Shown here piece after piece: positions 27,333 to 36,562 of a DNA stretch of 64,000 nucleotides. The notes under the pieces were generated by a model, which saw nothing but the letters and a program-made list of their open reading frames with translations, was not told the origin of the DNA and did not search any database. The number at the start of each line of letters is the position of its first letter. The first letter of the stretch is position 1. The translations under genes and the position numbers were made by a program. The DNA comes from Nitrospinales bacterium (lineage in GTDB: Bacteria > Nitrospinota > Nitrospinia > Nitrospinales > VA-1): positions 128,001-192,000 of the forward strand of contig CBDCXL010000001.1 of assembly GCA_965223795.1 (NCBI GenBank), in the 5' to 3' direction.

Positions 27333-27989
27333 ATGATCCAGCTGTTCAACGTTTGCAAGACCTATGGCGGCGTGACTCCGGCGCTTGCGGACATCACGTT
27401 CAACGTGAAAAAAGGTTCGTTTATTTTTCTGACCGGGCCGAGCGGCGCGGGCAAAACCACGCTGCTTAAAATTCTGTTCCGTGCGGAGAGTTTCGACCGC
27501 GGGCAGGTGCTCGTTCACGGGATCAACATCGGCAAGATCAACTACCGCAATTTGTACACGCTGCGCCGGAACATCGGCGTGGTGTTTCAGGATTACAAGC
27601 TGCTGCCCAAACGCACGGTGTTCGAAAACGTCGCGTTCGCGCAGGAGATCATCGGCGCCGACCGGAAAAAAGCACGCTACAAAACCTGGGAGTCGTTGAA
27701 GAATGTCGGGCTGACGCACAAGAAGGACGCCTACCCGCCGCAGCTTTCCGGCGGCGAACAGCAGCGCGTGGCGATCGCGCGGGCGCTGGTCAATTCCCCC
27801 CGTATTCTGCTGGCGGACGAACCCACTGGAAACCTCGACCCGGAAATTTCCTCCGAAATACTCAGACTGTTCGAGCAGGCGAACAAGAAAGGTGTCACGG
27901 TCATATTCGCCACGCACGATCAGGGGATGATCCGGTCGGGAAAACACCCGGTGGTTTTTCTCAATCGCGGGAAACTGGTCACGGCCTGA
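27333..27989 (+). CDS. ftsE: Cell division ATP-binding protein FtsE
   Basis: GPSGAGKTT, GVVFQDYKLL, LSGGEQQRVAIARA, ADEPTGNLD; adjacent to ftsX. Confidence 0.96.
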   Translation: MIQLFNVCKTYGGVTPALADITFNVKKGSFIFLTGPSGAGKTTLLKILFRAESFDRGQVLVHGINIGKINYRNLYTLRRNIGVVFQDYKLLPKRTVFENVAFAQEIIGADRKKARYKTWESLKNVGLTHKKDAYPPQLSGGEQQRVAIARALVNSPRILLADEPTGNLDPEISSEILRLFEQANKKGVTVIFATHDQGMIRSGKHPVVFLNRGKLVTA

Positions 27990-28903
27990 TGCCCCTCTCT
28001 CAATTCGTTTTCAGCACCATCCGCAATACGGTCGCCAATATCCGGTCGCACCAGCAGGTTTTCTGGGTGTCCATCGTCACCATCACCATCGCGATTTCCA
28101 TACTCGGCCTGTTTCTGGTGATCTTCGTCAACCTCAATGCGTTTCTCGCCACCTGGAATCAACAGGTGCAGCTCATCGTCTATCTGGAAGACGGCGTGCC
28201 GTCCGAGGCGCGGGCGCGGCTGGAGAACCTGATCGCGGACAACGAGGATGTGGAGTCGCACACGTTCATCGCCAGCGACGATGCCTGGAACAATTTCAAG
28301 ACCACGTTTTCCGGAAAATCCGGCTTCGTGGCCAATCTCGATTTCAACCCGCTGCCCAGTTCCTATGAGGTGCGGTTCCGCGCCTCGGACGACCGGCTCG
28401 CCCGCATCCGGGATTTCGCGGAGAAACTGCAGGACCAGGAAGGCGTGGAATCGCTGGAGTATGGGGAAAAGTGGCTGGGCGCGTTCGAAAAGTTCATGGT
28501 GTTCATCCGCATTTTTCTGATGGCGGTGGGCGGACTGTTAGCAGTCGGGCTGATCCTGATCGTATCCAACACCATCAAGCTGTCGTATTACTCGCGCCAG
28601 GACGAGATCGAGCTGATGCTGCTGATCGGCGCCACCCACCGTTACATCAAGATCCCGTTTCTGCTCGAAGGCATGCTGCAGGGGTTTCTGGGGGCGGTGC
28701 TGGCGCTCAGCCTGATCAAGTCGCTGCAGCTTTATCTCAAGCTCGAGTTCCAGGGTTCGCTGGAAACCATCGCCCGCGGCGTGGATTTCCAGTTTCTCTC
28801 GCGGCCGCTGATCCTGTCGATCCTGGCGGCCAGCGTGTTCATCGGCTGGATGGGGAGCTACCTTTCCATCAAGCAGTTTTTGCACGTCGATTTAAAAAAA
28901 TGA
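27989..28903 (+). CDS. ftsX: Cell division permease FtsX
   Basis: NPLP, NTIKL..YSR.DEI..M.LIGAT..YI..PFLLEG; TGATG overlap with ftsE. Confidence 0.95.
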   Translation: MPLSQFVFSTIRNTVANIRSHQQVFWVSIVTITIAISILGLFLVIFVNLNAFLATWNQQVQLIVYLEDGVPSEARARLENLIADNEDVESHTFIASDDAWNNFKTTFSGKSGFVANLDFNPLPSSYEVRFRASDDRLARIRDFAEKLQDQEGVESLEYGEKWLGAFEKFMVFIRIFLMAVGGLLAVGLILIVSNTIKLSYYSRQDEIELMLLIGATHRYIKIPFLLEGMLQGFLGAVLALSLIKSLQLYLKLEFQGSLETIARGVDFQFLSRPLILSILAASVFIGWMGSYLSIKQFLHVDLKK

Positions 28904-30087
28904 GCCGCATTGCGTGGAAACATAAAGCCGCGTTCCTGGCGTTCGCCGGGCTGTTTCTGGTTTCGCCGCTGTCTGTTGCCGACACCGGGTTGAAGAAGAT
29001 CGAGAAACAGCTGAGCCAGGAGGAAAAGGACCTCAAGGCGCTGCAGGAAAAGATCCGCAGGCAGGATCAGGCCATTTCCCAGGCCGGGGCGCAGGAAGAC
29101 TCGGTGCTGAAAAAACTGCGTAAGATCGAAAACCAGCTCAAGCTGCGCGAGCGGGAACTCAAGATCTACCAGTGGAACAAACAGATCAACGAGAAAAAAG
29201 TCGGCCTGTTGACCAAGAATATCCAGACGACGGAAAACCAGCTCGACCAGCAGAAACGCATTCTGGCGCGGCGGCTGCGCGCCATCTATAAGGAAGGCAG
29301 CCTGTTCGCGGTGAAGGTGCTGTTTTCCGCGGACAATTTCAACGACCTGTTGCAGCGCATCAAGTACCTCGAGATCCTGACCGACCACGACACCAAGGTG
29401 TTTCACAAGTTCGAGGACCGCATGCGTCAACTGGAAAGCGAAAAACAGGCCATGGTCGAGGCGCGGGAAAAACTGGTCATGCTGGAACGCAGCGCCTTGA
29501 GCAAGCGCGAGGAAGTGCGGCAGCAGAAAGAAGAAAAATCCCGGTTCCTGAAGAAACTGAACAAGGAAAAAAATCTCAATATTCAGGTGCGCAAGGAGCT
29601 ATTGGAAGCGTCGGAAAACCTGAATACGCTGATTCACGACCTCAAGGAAAAGCTGGTGAAAGGGGAGGGGATCGATATCGCCGATCGGAAGGGCCGTCTG
29701 CCCCTGCCTCTGGAAGGCAAGTTCCTCAATAAATTCGGTAAGAAAAAGGACAAGGAATTCGACACCTATGTGTTGAACAACGGCGTGAACATCCGCGCCG
29801 CCAAGGGCACGGCGGTGCGCGCGGTGTTCGATGGGAAAGTCCTTTTTGCCAATGAGTTGGAAGGGTACGGCAATCTGATCATCGTCGGCCACGGCGAGCA
29901 GTACCACACGCTGTACGGTCATCTGGACAACATCATCACCGAGGTGGGAAAAACCGTGCGCAGCGGTCAGATCATCGCCCGTTCCGGAGACACCGGCTCG
30001 CTGGTGGGGGAAACGCTTTATTTTGAGCTGCGCCACAAAGGCAAGCCCATCGATCCGATGCGCTGGTTCAAAGTGGCGAAGCGGTAG
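28900..30087 (+). CDS. envC: Murein hydrolase activator EnvC (coiled coil + degenerate M23 domain)
   Basis: ATGA overlap with ftsX, signal peptide, long coiled coil, NNGVNI, GYGNLIIV.HG, LYFELR. Confidence 0.92.
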   Translation: MSRIAWKHKAAFLAFAGLFLVSPLSVADTGLKKIEKQLSQEEKDLKALQEKIRRQDQAISQAGAQEDSVLKKLRKIENQLKLRERELKIYQWNKQINEKKVGLLTKNIQTTENQLDQQKRILARRLRAIYKEGSLFAVKVLFSADNFNDLLQRIKYLEILTDHDTKVFHKFEDRMRQLESEKQAMVEAREKLVMLERSALSKREEVRQQKEEKSRFLKKLNKEKNLNIQVRKELLEASENLNTLIHDLKEKLVKGEGIDIADRKGRLPLPLEGKFLNKFGKKKDKEFDTYVLNNGVNIRAAKGTAVRAVFDGKVLFANELEGYGNLIIVGHGEQYHTLYGHLDNIITEVGKTVRSGQIIARSGDTGSLVGETLYFELRHKGKPIDPMRWFKVAKR

Positions 30088-30169
30088 CATCATCTTTAAT
30101 GCTTCATCACCGGAATTGAGATATAATCGAAAGTTAGGAATTTAAAACACTTTTTGGGGAGAGACCGAT

Positions 30170-31642
30170 TTGACTTCCTTGAAGCCAGTACCGAGTTGTA
30201 TCGATTGTCGATTGTTTTCCAGCACCAAAGGCCTGGTGGGATGGTTGGCAGCCTTGATTGTTTTCGCTCTTGTCGCATCCGCGGGCGCGGCGGAAGATAA
30301 ATCGAAGAAAAACGACACCTACGAAAAGCTCAAGATTTTTTCGGAGATCCTGTCTCTGGTAGAAAGCAATTATGTGGAAGGCGTTGAAAGCGACGAGCTG
30401 ATCGAAGGGGCGATCAAAGGCATGGTCAAGGCCCTGGATCCCCATACCAGTTATCTCCCCCCCAAATCCTACAAGGACATGCTGGTGGACACCTCCGGCA
30501 AGTTCGGCGGCCTGGGTATCGAGATCAGCATGCGCAAAGGCGTTCTGACCGTGGTTTCTCCGATCGAGGACACGCCGGCTTTCAAGGCCGGGATCAAGGC
30601 CGGCGACAAGATCATCAAGATCGAGGACGAGTCCACCCTGGACATGACGCTGTCGGATGCGGTCAACCATCTGCGCGGCGAGACGGGCACGCCGGTCACC
30701 ATCACCATTTTCCGGGAAACCCTGGACGCGCCCAAGGAGTTCACCATCGTGCGCGACATCATCAAGGTGCGCAGCGTGGTGCACAAGCGCTACCGCGATG
30801 AGATCGGGTATGTCAAGATCCGCAGCTTTTCCAAGTCCACCAGTTCGGACCTCGACAAGGCACTGGACAAGCTGGGTCAGGAAGGGATCACCAAACTGAT
30901 CCTCGATGTGCGCAACAACCCCGGCGGGCTGCTCAACCAGGCGGTGGAAGTGACGGACCGTTTTCTGGACAAGGAAAACCTGATCGTCTACACCAAGGGC
31001 CGCAGCGAGGAACAGAACATGCGATTCACCACGCACGACAAGGTGAAGCGGGTGTCTTATCCGATGGTGATCCTGGTCAACAGCGGCAGCGCCAGCGCTT
31101 CGGAAATCGTGGCGGGGGCACTGCAGGATTTGAACCGCGCGGTGATTCTGGGCACGCCGACGTTCGGCAAGGGCTCGGTGCAGACCATCATCCCGCTGAG
31201 CGACGGTTCGGCGCTGCGGTTGACCACCGCGCGTTATTATACGCCCAGCGGACGGGTCATTCAGGAGAACGGCATCGAACCGGACATCATCGTGGAGATG
31301 CCGCTTGAACGGGAGGATGACGAAGAAGCGGACAAGGATAAAAAGGACAGCAAGGAAAAAGAAAGGCTGCGCCGCTTTCTGCGCGAGAAGGATCTGAAAA
31401 AACACCTGAAGGGAAAAAGCAGCATCGAAGAAGGTGAGGAAGACGAAAGCGCCAATGAAGTCGACTCTCCGGACGAAGATGAGGAGCAGGAAGCCGAAGC
31501 GGACGCCAACGAGGAAGATCTGCTGAAAGACGCCCAGCTCATGCACGCGGTCTCTCTGCTTGCCGGATGGGACGTCATGAAGAAAATGATGAAAACCACG
31601 GACAAGCCGCAGGTGGGAAATCAGGTCAGCCTGATCAAATGA
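30170..31642 (+). CDS. ctpA: Carboxyl-terminal processing protease (S41, PDZ)
   Basis: LDPHTSY, GGLGIEI, DVRNNPGGLL, SASASEIVAGALQD, TFGKGSVQ; exact start uncertain. Confidence 0.93.
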   Translation: MTSLKPVPSCIDCRLFSSTKGLVGWLAALIVFALVASAGAAEDKSKKNDTYEKLKIFSEILSLVESNYVEGVESDELIEGAIKGMVKALDPHTSYLPPKSYKDMLVDTSGKFGGLGIEISMRKGVLTVVSPIEDTPAFKAGIKAGDKIIKIEDESTLDMTLSDAVNHLRGETGTPVTITIFRETLDAPKEFTIVRDIIKVRSVVHKRYRDEIGYVKIRSFSKSTSSDLDKALDKLGQEGITKLILDVRNNPGGLLNQAVEVTDRFLDKENLIVYTKGRSEEQNMRFTTHDKVKRVSYPMVILVNSGSASASEIVAGALQDLNRAVILGTPTFGKGSVQTIIPLSDGSALRLTTARYYTPSGRVIQENGIEPDIIVEMPLEREDDEEADKDKKDSKEKERLRRFLREKDLKKHLKGKSSIEEGEEDESANEVDSPDEDEEQEAEADANEEDLLKDAQLMHAVSLLAGWDVMKKMMKTTDKPQVGNQVSLIK

Positions 31643-31683
31643 CCCGCGCGGAGTGTCTCCATTTGTAATTTGTTTGAAGTGAA

Positions 31684-32706
31684 ATGCTCGTTTTAGGGAT
31701 TGAAACATCCTGCGATGAAACCGCGGCGGCCGTTCTCAAGGACGGCCGCCGTCTTCTTTCCAACGTCATCTTCGACCAGACGGACATCCACAGCCGTTTC
31801 GGCGGGGTGGTGCCGGAACTGGCCGGACGTTCCCACATCGACCGTATCCATCACGTCATCGACAAGGCTCTCAGCGATGCCGGGGTCGAAGCCCACGACA
31901 TCGACCTGATCGCCGCGACCCGGGGGCCGGGGCTCGTCGGCTCGCTGCTGGTGGGGCTCAATGCCGCCAAAGGGCTCGCCTACGGGCTCAAAAAACCGCT
32001 GGTGGGCATCAACCATCTGGAAGGGCACCTGCTGGCGATCTTTCTCGAAGAGGATGTGGCGTTTCCCTATCTGGCGCTGGGCGTTTCCGGCGGCCACACG
32101 GACCTGTACGTGGTCGAAGGCTTCGGCAGATACACGCAGCTCGGGCGCACGCGCGACGACGCGGCGGGCGAATCGTTCGACAAGGTCGCGCGGATGCTGG
32201 AGCTTGGCTATCCCGGGGGGCCGGTGATCGAAAAGCTGGCCCGCTCGGGCAATGCTGCCGCGTGCGGATTTCCGCGGGCCTGGCTGGAGAAAGGTTCCTT
32301 CGATTTCAGCTTCAGCGGCCTGAAGACCGCCGTGCGCACGCAGATCGAAAAGCGCAAGCAGTCCCGGGACCGCACGCTTTCCGACGCCGACATCGCCGCC
32401 AGCTTCCAGGCGGCGGTGGTCGAGGTGCTGGTGAAAAAGTGCATCGCCGCCTGCGAGACGAAAGACCTGAGCCGCATCGTCGTCACCGGCGGCGTCGCCG
32501 CCAACGGGGCCCTGCGCGCCGCCGTGAAAGCCGAGGCGGATCAACGCGGCTATCGGGTTTTCATCCCAAGCCCGAAAAACTGCACCGACAACGCGGCCAT
32601 GATCGCCTGCGCCGCGCACCACCGCCACCAGAGCGGAAATCTCCCCGAAAGCGCTCCCTACGAACTGGACGCCCGCGCCACCCTGCCATTGGAAAACAGC
32701 AACTGA
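31684..32706 (+). CDS. tsaD: tRNA N6-adenosine threonylcarbamoyltransferase
   Basis: GIETSCDET, GGVVPELA, HLEGH, SGGHT, DDAAGE.FDK, SFSGLKT, CTDNAAMIA. Confidence 0.97.
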   Translation: MLVLGIETSCDETAAAVLKDGRRLLSNVIFDQTDIHSRFGGVVPELAGRSHIDRIHHVIDKALSDAGVEAHDIDLIAATRGPGLVGSLLVGLNAAKGLAYGLKKPLVGINHLEGHLLAIFLEEDVAFPYLALGVSGGHTDLYVVEGFGRYTQLGRTRDDAAGESFDKVARMLELGYPGGPVIEKLARSGNAAACGFPRAWLEKGSFDFSFSGLKTAVRTQIEKRKQSRDRTLSDADIAASFQAAVVEVLVKKCIAACETKDLSRIVVTGGVAANGALRAAVKAEADQRGYRVFIPSPKNCTDNAAMIACAAHHRHQSGNLPESAPYELDARATLPLENSN

Positions 32707-32720
32707 AAGACAGGCAAAAA

Positions 32721-33043
32721 TGCGGGTCTCGCGCCAAGGCGCAAAGACGCAAAGAAAAGAAAATTGGACAGGATTGACAGGATAAAATCCTGGGATAAAA
32801 GCGGAAACCTGTTTGAACCGCAAAGACGCAGAGGGCGCAAAGAAAATCCTGAAAACGTGAATTATTAAATCCCTCTCCCCTGGAGGGAGGCCAAGCGTAG
32901 CTTTGCACCCGCATCACCAAATAATCGGAAGGTGGCTTGAGGGCTGGGGTGAGGGGGAACTAATTAATTGTTTTTATCCTGTCTGATACTTCGCGGCTTT
33001 GCGCGAAACCCGCTTTTCGCTTTTATCCTGTTATCCTGTCTCA
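32721..33043. repeat. Composite palindromic intergenic repeat, copy B (mostly inverted relative to A)
   Basis: Same CGCAAAG/GACAGGAT and CCCTCTCCCC..GGGGTGAGGGGG modules; 50-bp insertion at 32890-32939. Confidence 0.85.
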
Positions 33044-33056
33044 TTTCTTTGTCTTT

Positions 33057-34337
33057 TCAAGGATTCAGTCCGCGCAGTTTCATGGCTTCGGCGACGCGCT
33101 GGATGCCGAGCATGAGCGCGGCCGTGCGCATGCCCGCCTTTTCCCGCTGATTGAGGGCGTAGGTTTCGTCGAACGCGTGCTTCATGATTTTGTTCATGCG
33201 TTTGAAAATCTCGTACTCGTCCCAGAAAAATCCCTGCAGTCCCTGCACCCACTCGAAATAGGACACCACGACGCCGCCGGCGTTGCACAGGATGTCGGGC
33301 AGCACGAAGATGCCTTTGTCCTCGAGGATCTTGTCCGCCTCCAGCGTGGTGGGTCCGTTGGCGCCTTCCGCGTAAATCTTGCAGTTCACCTTGGAGGCGT
33401 TCTTTTCGGTCACCTGGTTTTCCAGCGCGGCGAGGACCAGAATGTCGCACTTCAACGACAGCAGGCGCGCGTTGGTGATCTTTTCGGTATCGGAAAAGGC
33501 GCTGAGGTCGCGGTTGTTCATCTGGTGCTGGTTTAAGGGTTCGACGGGGATGCCGTTCTTGTTGTGAACGCCGCCCATGGAATTGCTTACGGCGATGACC
33601 TTGGCGCCCATGCTCTGTAAGAACCGCGCCGCGAAATAGCCGACGTTGCCGAAACCCTGCACCGCGACGGTGGCGTTTTCCAGCGGCAGGTTGATGGTCT
33701 GGGCCGCGTAGGCGATGGTCTGGGCGACGCCGCGCCCGGTGGCTTCGAGCCTTCCCTGGGAGCCGCCGAGATTCTGCGGCTTGCCGGTCACCACGCCCAG
33801 GTTGTTGTATCCCTTCTGCATGCTGAACGTGTCCATGAGCCAGGCCATCACCTGGGGGTCGGTGCCCATGTCGGGCGCGGGGATGTCCTTTTCCGGCCCG
33901 ATGATGGGAAAGATGCCTGCGGTGTAGCGGCGCGTCAGGTTTTCCAGTTCCTGAGCGGACATTTCCTTGGGGTTGCAGCGCACGCCGCCCTTGGCGCCGC
34001 CCAGCGGGATGTTCATCAGCCCGCCTTTCCAGGTCATCCAGGTGGCCAGGGCGGTGACTTCGCCCATATTGACACTGGGGTGGTAGCGGATGCCGCCCTT
34101 GCCGGGGCCGAGCACGGTGCTGTGCTGCACCCGGTATCCGTAGAACGTACGGATCGAGCCGTCGTCCATGCGCACGGGGAGGCTGACCATGAGCGAACGT
34201 TCGGGGTTGATCATCCAGCGGGTCAGATCGTCATCCAGTTTCAGCTTCTGCACCGCCTGTTCGAACTGCTGTTTCGCCAGGTCGAACACGGGGGAATGGA
34301 ATTCGGGGTTGCTTCTCTGTTCGGATAGCGGTGCCAT
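33057..34337 (-). CDS. gdhA: Glu/Leu/Phe/Val dehydrogenase (glutamate dehydrogenase)
   Basis: GYRVQH, GPGKGGIRYH, MTWK, GGAKGG, DIPAPD, ATGRGV, QGFGNVG, EGANGPTT, NAGGV.VSYFEWVQ. Confidence 0.95.
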   Translation of the reverse strand: MAPLSEQRSNPEFHSPVFDLAKQQFEQAVQKLKLDDDLTRWMINPERSLMVSLPVRMDDGSIRTFYGYRVQHSTVLGPGKGGIRYHPSVNMGEVTALATWMTWKGGLMNIPLGGAKGGVRCNPKEMSAQELENLTRRYTAGIFPIIGPEKDIPAPDMGTDPQVMAWLMDTFSMQKGYNNLGVVTGKPQNLGGSQGRLEATGRGVAQTIAYAAQTINLPLENATVAVQGFGNVGYFAARFLQSMGAKVIAVSNSMGGVHNKNGIPVEPLNQHQMNNRDLSAFSDTEKITNARLLSLKCDILVLAALENQVTEKNASKVNCKIYAEGANGPTTLEADKILEDKGIFVLPDILCNAGGVVVSYFEWVQGLQGFFWDEYEIFKRMNKIMKHAFDETYALNQREKAGMRTAALMLGIQRVAEAMKLRGLNP

Positions 34338-34454
34338 CGGGATCTCCGGGAAAATGGAATCGGCTTGAGAATGGCTGCCGAAGTTGTTAATTTGTGGGGG
34401 GTTTCCGACCATATTTAATGGCAACTGGCGCAAAAAATCAATCACGATTCCGTC

Positions 34455-35459
34455 ATGCGCGTATTGATCACAGGAGGCGGCGGGTTTCTGGGAAGCCACA
34501 TCGCCGAACGGCTGCACCAGCGGGGCGACCGGGTCGCGGTTCTGGGGCGGCGGACGTTCGCGTACTCGCACCTGGCTCCGGACATCGAACGGATCCAGGG
34601 CGACATTCAGGACCGCGAGCTTCTGCTCGAGGCGGCGGAGAATGTGGACGCGGTGTTTCACACGGCGGCCAAGGCCGGGATCTGGGGCGAGTACGAAGAC
34701 TATTACCGCATCAACGTGGAGGGCACGCGCCACGTGGTCGAAGCGTGCCGGGAGAACGGCGTCAAAAAGCTGATCTACACGAGCACGCCCAGCGTCGTGT
34801 TTGGCGAGGACGATCTGGAAAATGTGAACGAAAGCGCGCCTTACCCCAAGGATCACCTTTGCCATTACGCCTGCACCAAGGCGATGGCGGAACAGATGGT
34901 GAAGGAAGCGAACGGAGTGCGCGGTCTGGCCACGGTTTCGCTGCGGCCGCATCTGATCTGGGGCATCGGCGACCCGCACCTGGTGCCGCGCATCCTCGAC
35001 AAGTCGCAGCGGGGACGGCTGGTGCGCGTGGGTGAGGGCAAGAACCGGGTCGACATGGTGCATGTGGAAAACGCAGCGCACGCGCATGTGCTCGCCTGCG
35101 ATGCGCTGGAAGCGGGCGGAACGCTGGCGGGAAAATGCTATTTCATCAGCGACGGCACGCCGGTCAACCTGTGGGAATGGGTGGAGCGCCTGCTTTTGAT
35201 GATGGACCGCGCGCCTGTCGAGCGTTCGATCTCGCTGCCGTGGGCGCGCAGGATCGGCGCTTTGATGGAATTCTTCTATGGCGCGCTCAGAATCGAAACG
35301 GAACCGCCGATGACCCGTTTTGTCGCTTTGCAGCTGGCCACGTCGCACTACTTCAATATTTCCAGCGCACGCAACGATTTCGGCTACGAGCCGGTGATGA
35401 GCCCGGATGAAGGGCTGGACCGCCTGGTCGAACACCTCAAGGAACAGCCGTATCGTTGA
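34455..35459 (+). CDS. NAD-dependent epimerase/3-beta-HSD family oxidoreductase (OleD-like)
   Basis: TGGGGFLG, HTAAKAGIWG, YTSTPSVV, YACTK, LRPHLIWG. Confidence 0.88.
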   Translation: MRVLITGGGGFLGSHIAERLHQRGDRVAVLGRRTFAYSHLAPDIERIQGDIQDRELLLEAAENVDAVFHTAAKAGIWGEYEDYYRINVEGTRHVVEACRENGVKKLIYTSTPSVVFGEDDLENVNESAPYPKDHLCHYACTKAMAEQMVKEANGVRGLATVSLRPHLIWGIGDPHLVPRILDKSQRGRLVRVGEGKNRVDMVHVENAAHAHVLACDALEAGGTLAGKCYFISDGTPVNLWEWVERLLLMMDRAPVERSISLPWARRIGALMEFFYGALRIETEPPMTRFVALQLATSHYFNISSARNDFGYEPVMSPDEGLDRLVEHLKEQPYR

Positions 35460-35522
35460 TGCTATATATCCTTCCGAGTGTTTTAGGGAATTGCTCTCAT
35501 AAAAATTGAGGAATATTTTTTA

Positions 35523-35800
35523 TTCCCCCTCACCTCAGTCCTCAAGCCACCTTCACTTTTTTGGGTAAGCGGATGGCAGAACAAGTTCTGCATTCAAGCC
35601 ACCATTCGGGTAATTCATAATGCGGGTGTCGAGCTTGTCTCGATGCCTTATTAAAAGGATTATAGGGAAGGTCGCCGAGCTATGCTTGGCCTCCCTCCAG
35701 GGGAGAGGAATTTTTTTATTTTACTTTGCGTCTTCGCGTCCTGGCGCGAGACGGGTTTTTCCCGTGTTTATCCTGTCCATCCTGTCCAATTTTATTCCTG
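35523..35800. repeat. Composite palindromic intergenic repeat, copy C
   Basis: CCCCCTCACCTCAGTCCT..CTCCCTCCAGGGGAGAGG interrupted by a 148-bp insertion (35543-35690), then CTTTGCGTC..GGCGCGAG and ATCCTGTCCATCCTGTC modules. Confidence 0.85.
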
Positions 35801-36562
35801 TCATTCCTGCACGCTCTGCCGGTTGATCTTGTGCGCGAGGCAGCCCGCGCCGAAGCCGTTGTCGATGTTGACGACGGCGACGCCGGAGGCGCAGCTGTTG
35901 AGCATGGTGAGCAGGGCGGACAGGCCCTGAAACGAAGCGCCGTAGCCGACGCTGGTGGGGACGGCGATCACCGGGCAGTCCACCAGGCCGCCCACCACGC
36001 TGGGCAGCGCGCCGTCCATGCCGGCGACGGCGACGATGGCGCGCGCTTCCCGTAGCAATTCGAGGGCGTTCAGCAGCCGGTGGATGCCCGCCACGCCCAC
36101 ATCGAACAGCGTGTCGACGCGGCTGCCCAGAAGGTCTGCGGTGACGGCGGCTTCTTCGGCGACGGGAATGTCCGAAGTGCCCGCGGTCAGCACCAGCACC
36201 CTGCCGGTGCCTTTTTGTTTTTTGCCTCTGCGGATCACCAGCGTTCTGGCGGCGGCGTTGTATACGGCGTTTTTCGGCAGTTTGGGCTTGAGCTTTTTGT
36301 AGGCCTCCGCGTCCAGCCGGGTTGCGAGGATGTCGCTTCCGGCCTGCTTCATTTTCCGGATGATGGCCGAAAGCTGTCCGGCGCTCTTGCCTTCGCAGTA
36401 GATCACTTCCGGCAGGCCGCTGCGCAGATGCCGGTGATGGTCGATGCGGGCGAATTCCAGGTCTTCGAAAGGCAGGTGCCTGAGTTTTTCGAGGCCTTCT
36501 TGCGGGGTGAGTTTGCGCTGGTGCAGCAGGGTGAGGATCTGTTTCAAATCATCCGGCTTCAT
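35801..36562 (-). CDS. larB: Nickel-pincer cofactor biosynthesis protein LarB (AIR-carboxylase-like)
   Basis: ARIDHHR, PEVIYCEGK, AGTSDIPVAEEA, DVGVAGIHRL, AGMDGALPSV, PTSVGYGA, VVNIDNGFGA. Confidence 0.93.
   Translation of the reverse strand: MKPDDLKQILTLLHQRKLTPQEGLEKLRHLPFEDLEFARIDHHRHLRSGLPEVIYCEGKSAGQLSAIIRKMKQAGSDILATRLDAEAYKKLKPKLPKNAVYNAAARTLVIRRGKKQKGTGRVLVLTAGTSDIPVAEEAAVTADLLGSRVDTLFDVGVAGIHRLLNALELLREARAIVAVAGMDGALPSVVGGLVDCPVIAVPTSVGYGASFQGLSALLTMLNSCASGVAVVNIDNGFGAGCLAHKINRQSVQE

Noticed and set aside
28471..28899. N-terminal extension of envC in the ORF track
   Set aside because: It overlaps ftsX; the ATGA-coupled start at 28900 gives a proper signal peptide.
33057..35435. 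792-aa ORF suggesting a GDH fusion
   Set aside because: The N-terminal half is the antisense of the epimerase gene; GDH homology starts near 34337.
34455..35459. Olefin (ole) biosynthesis cluster
   Set aside because: Only an OleD-like reductase is present; there are no oleA/B/C genes nearby.
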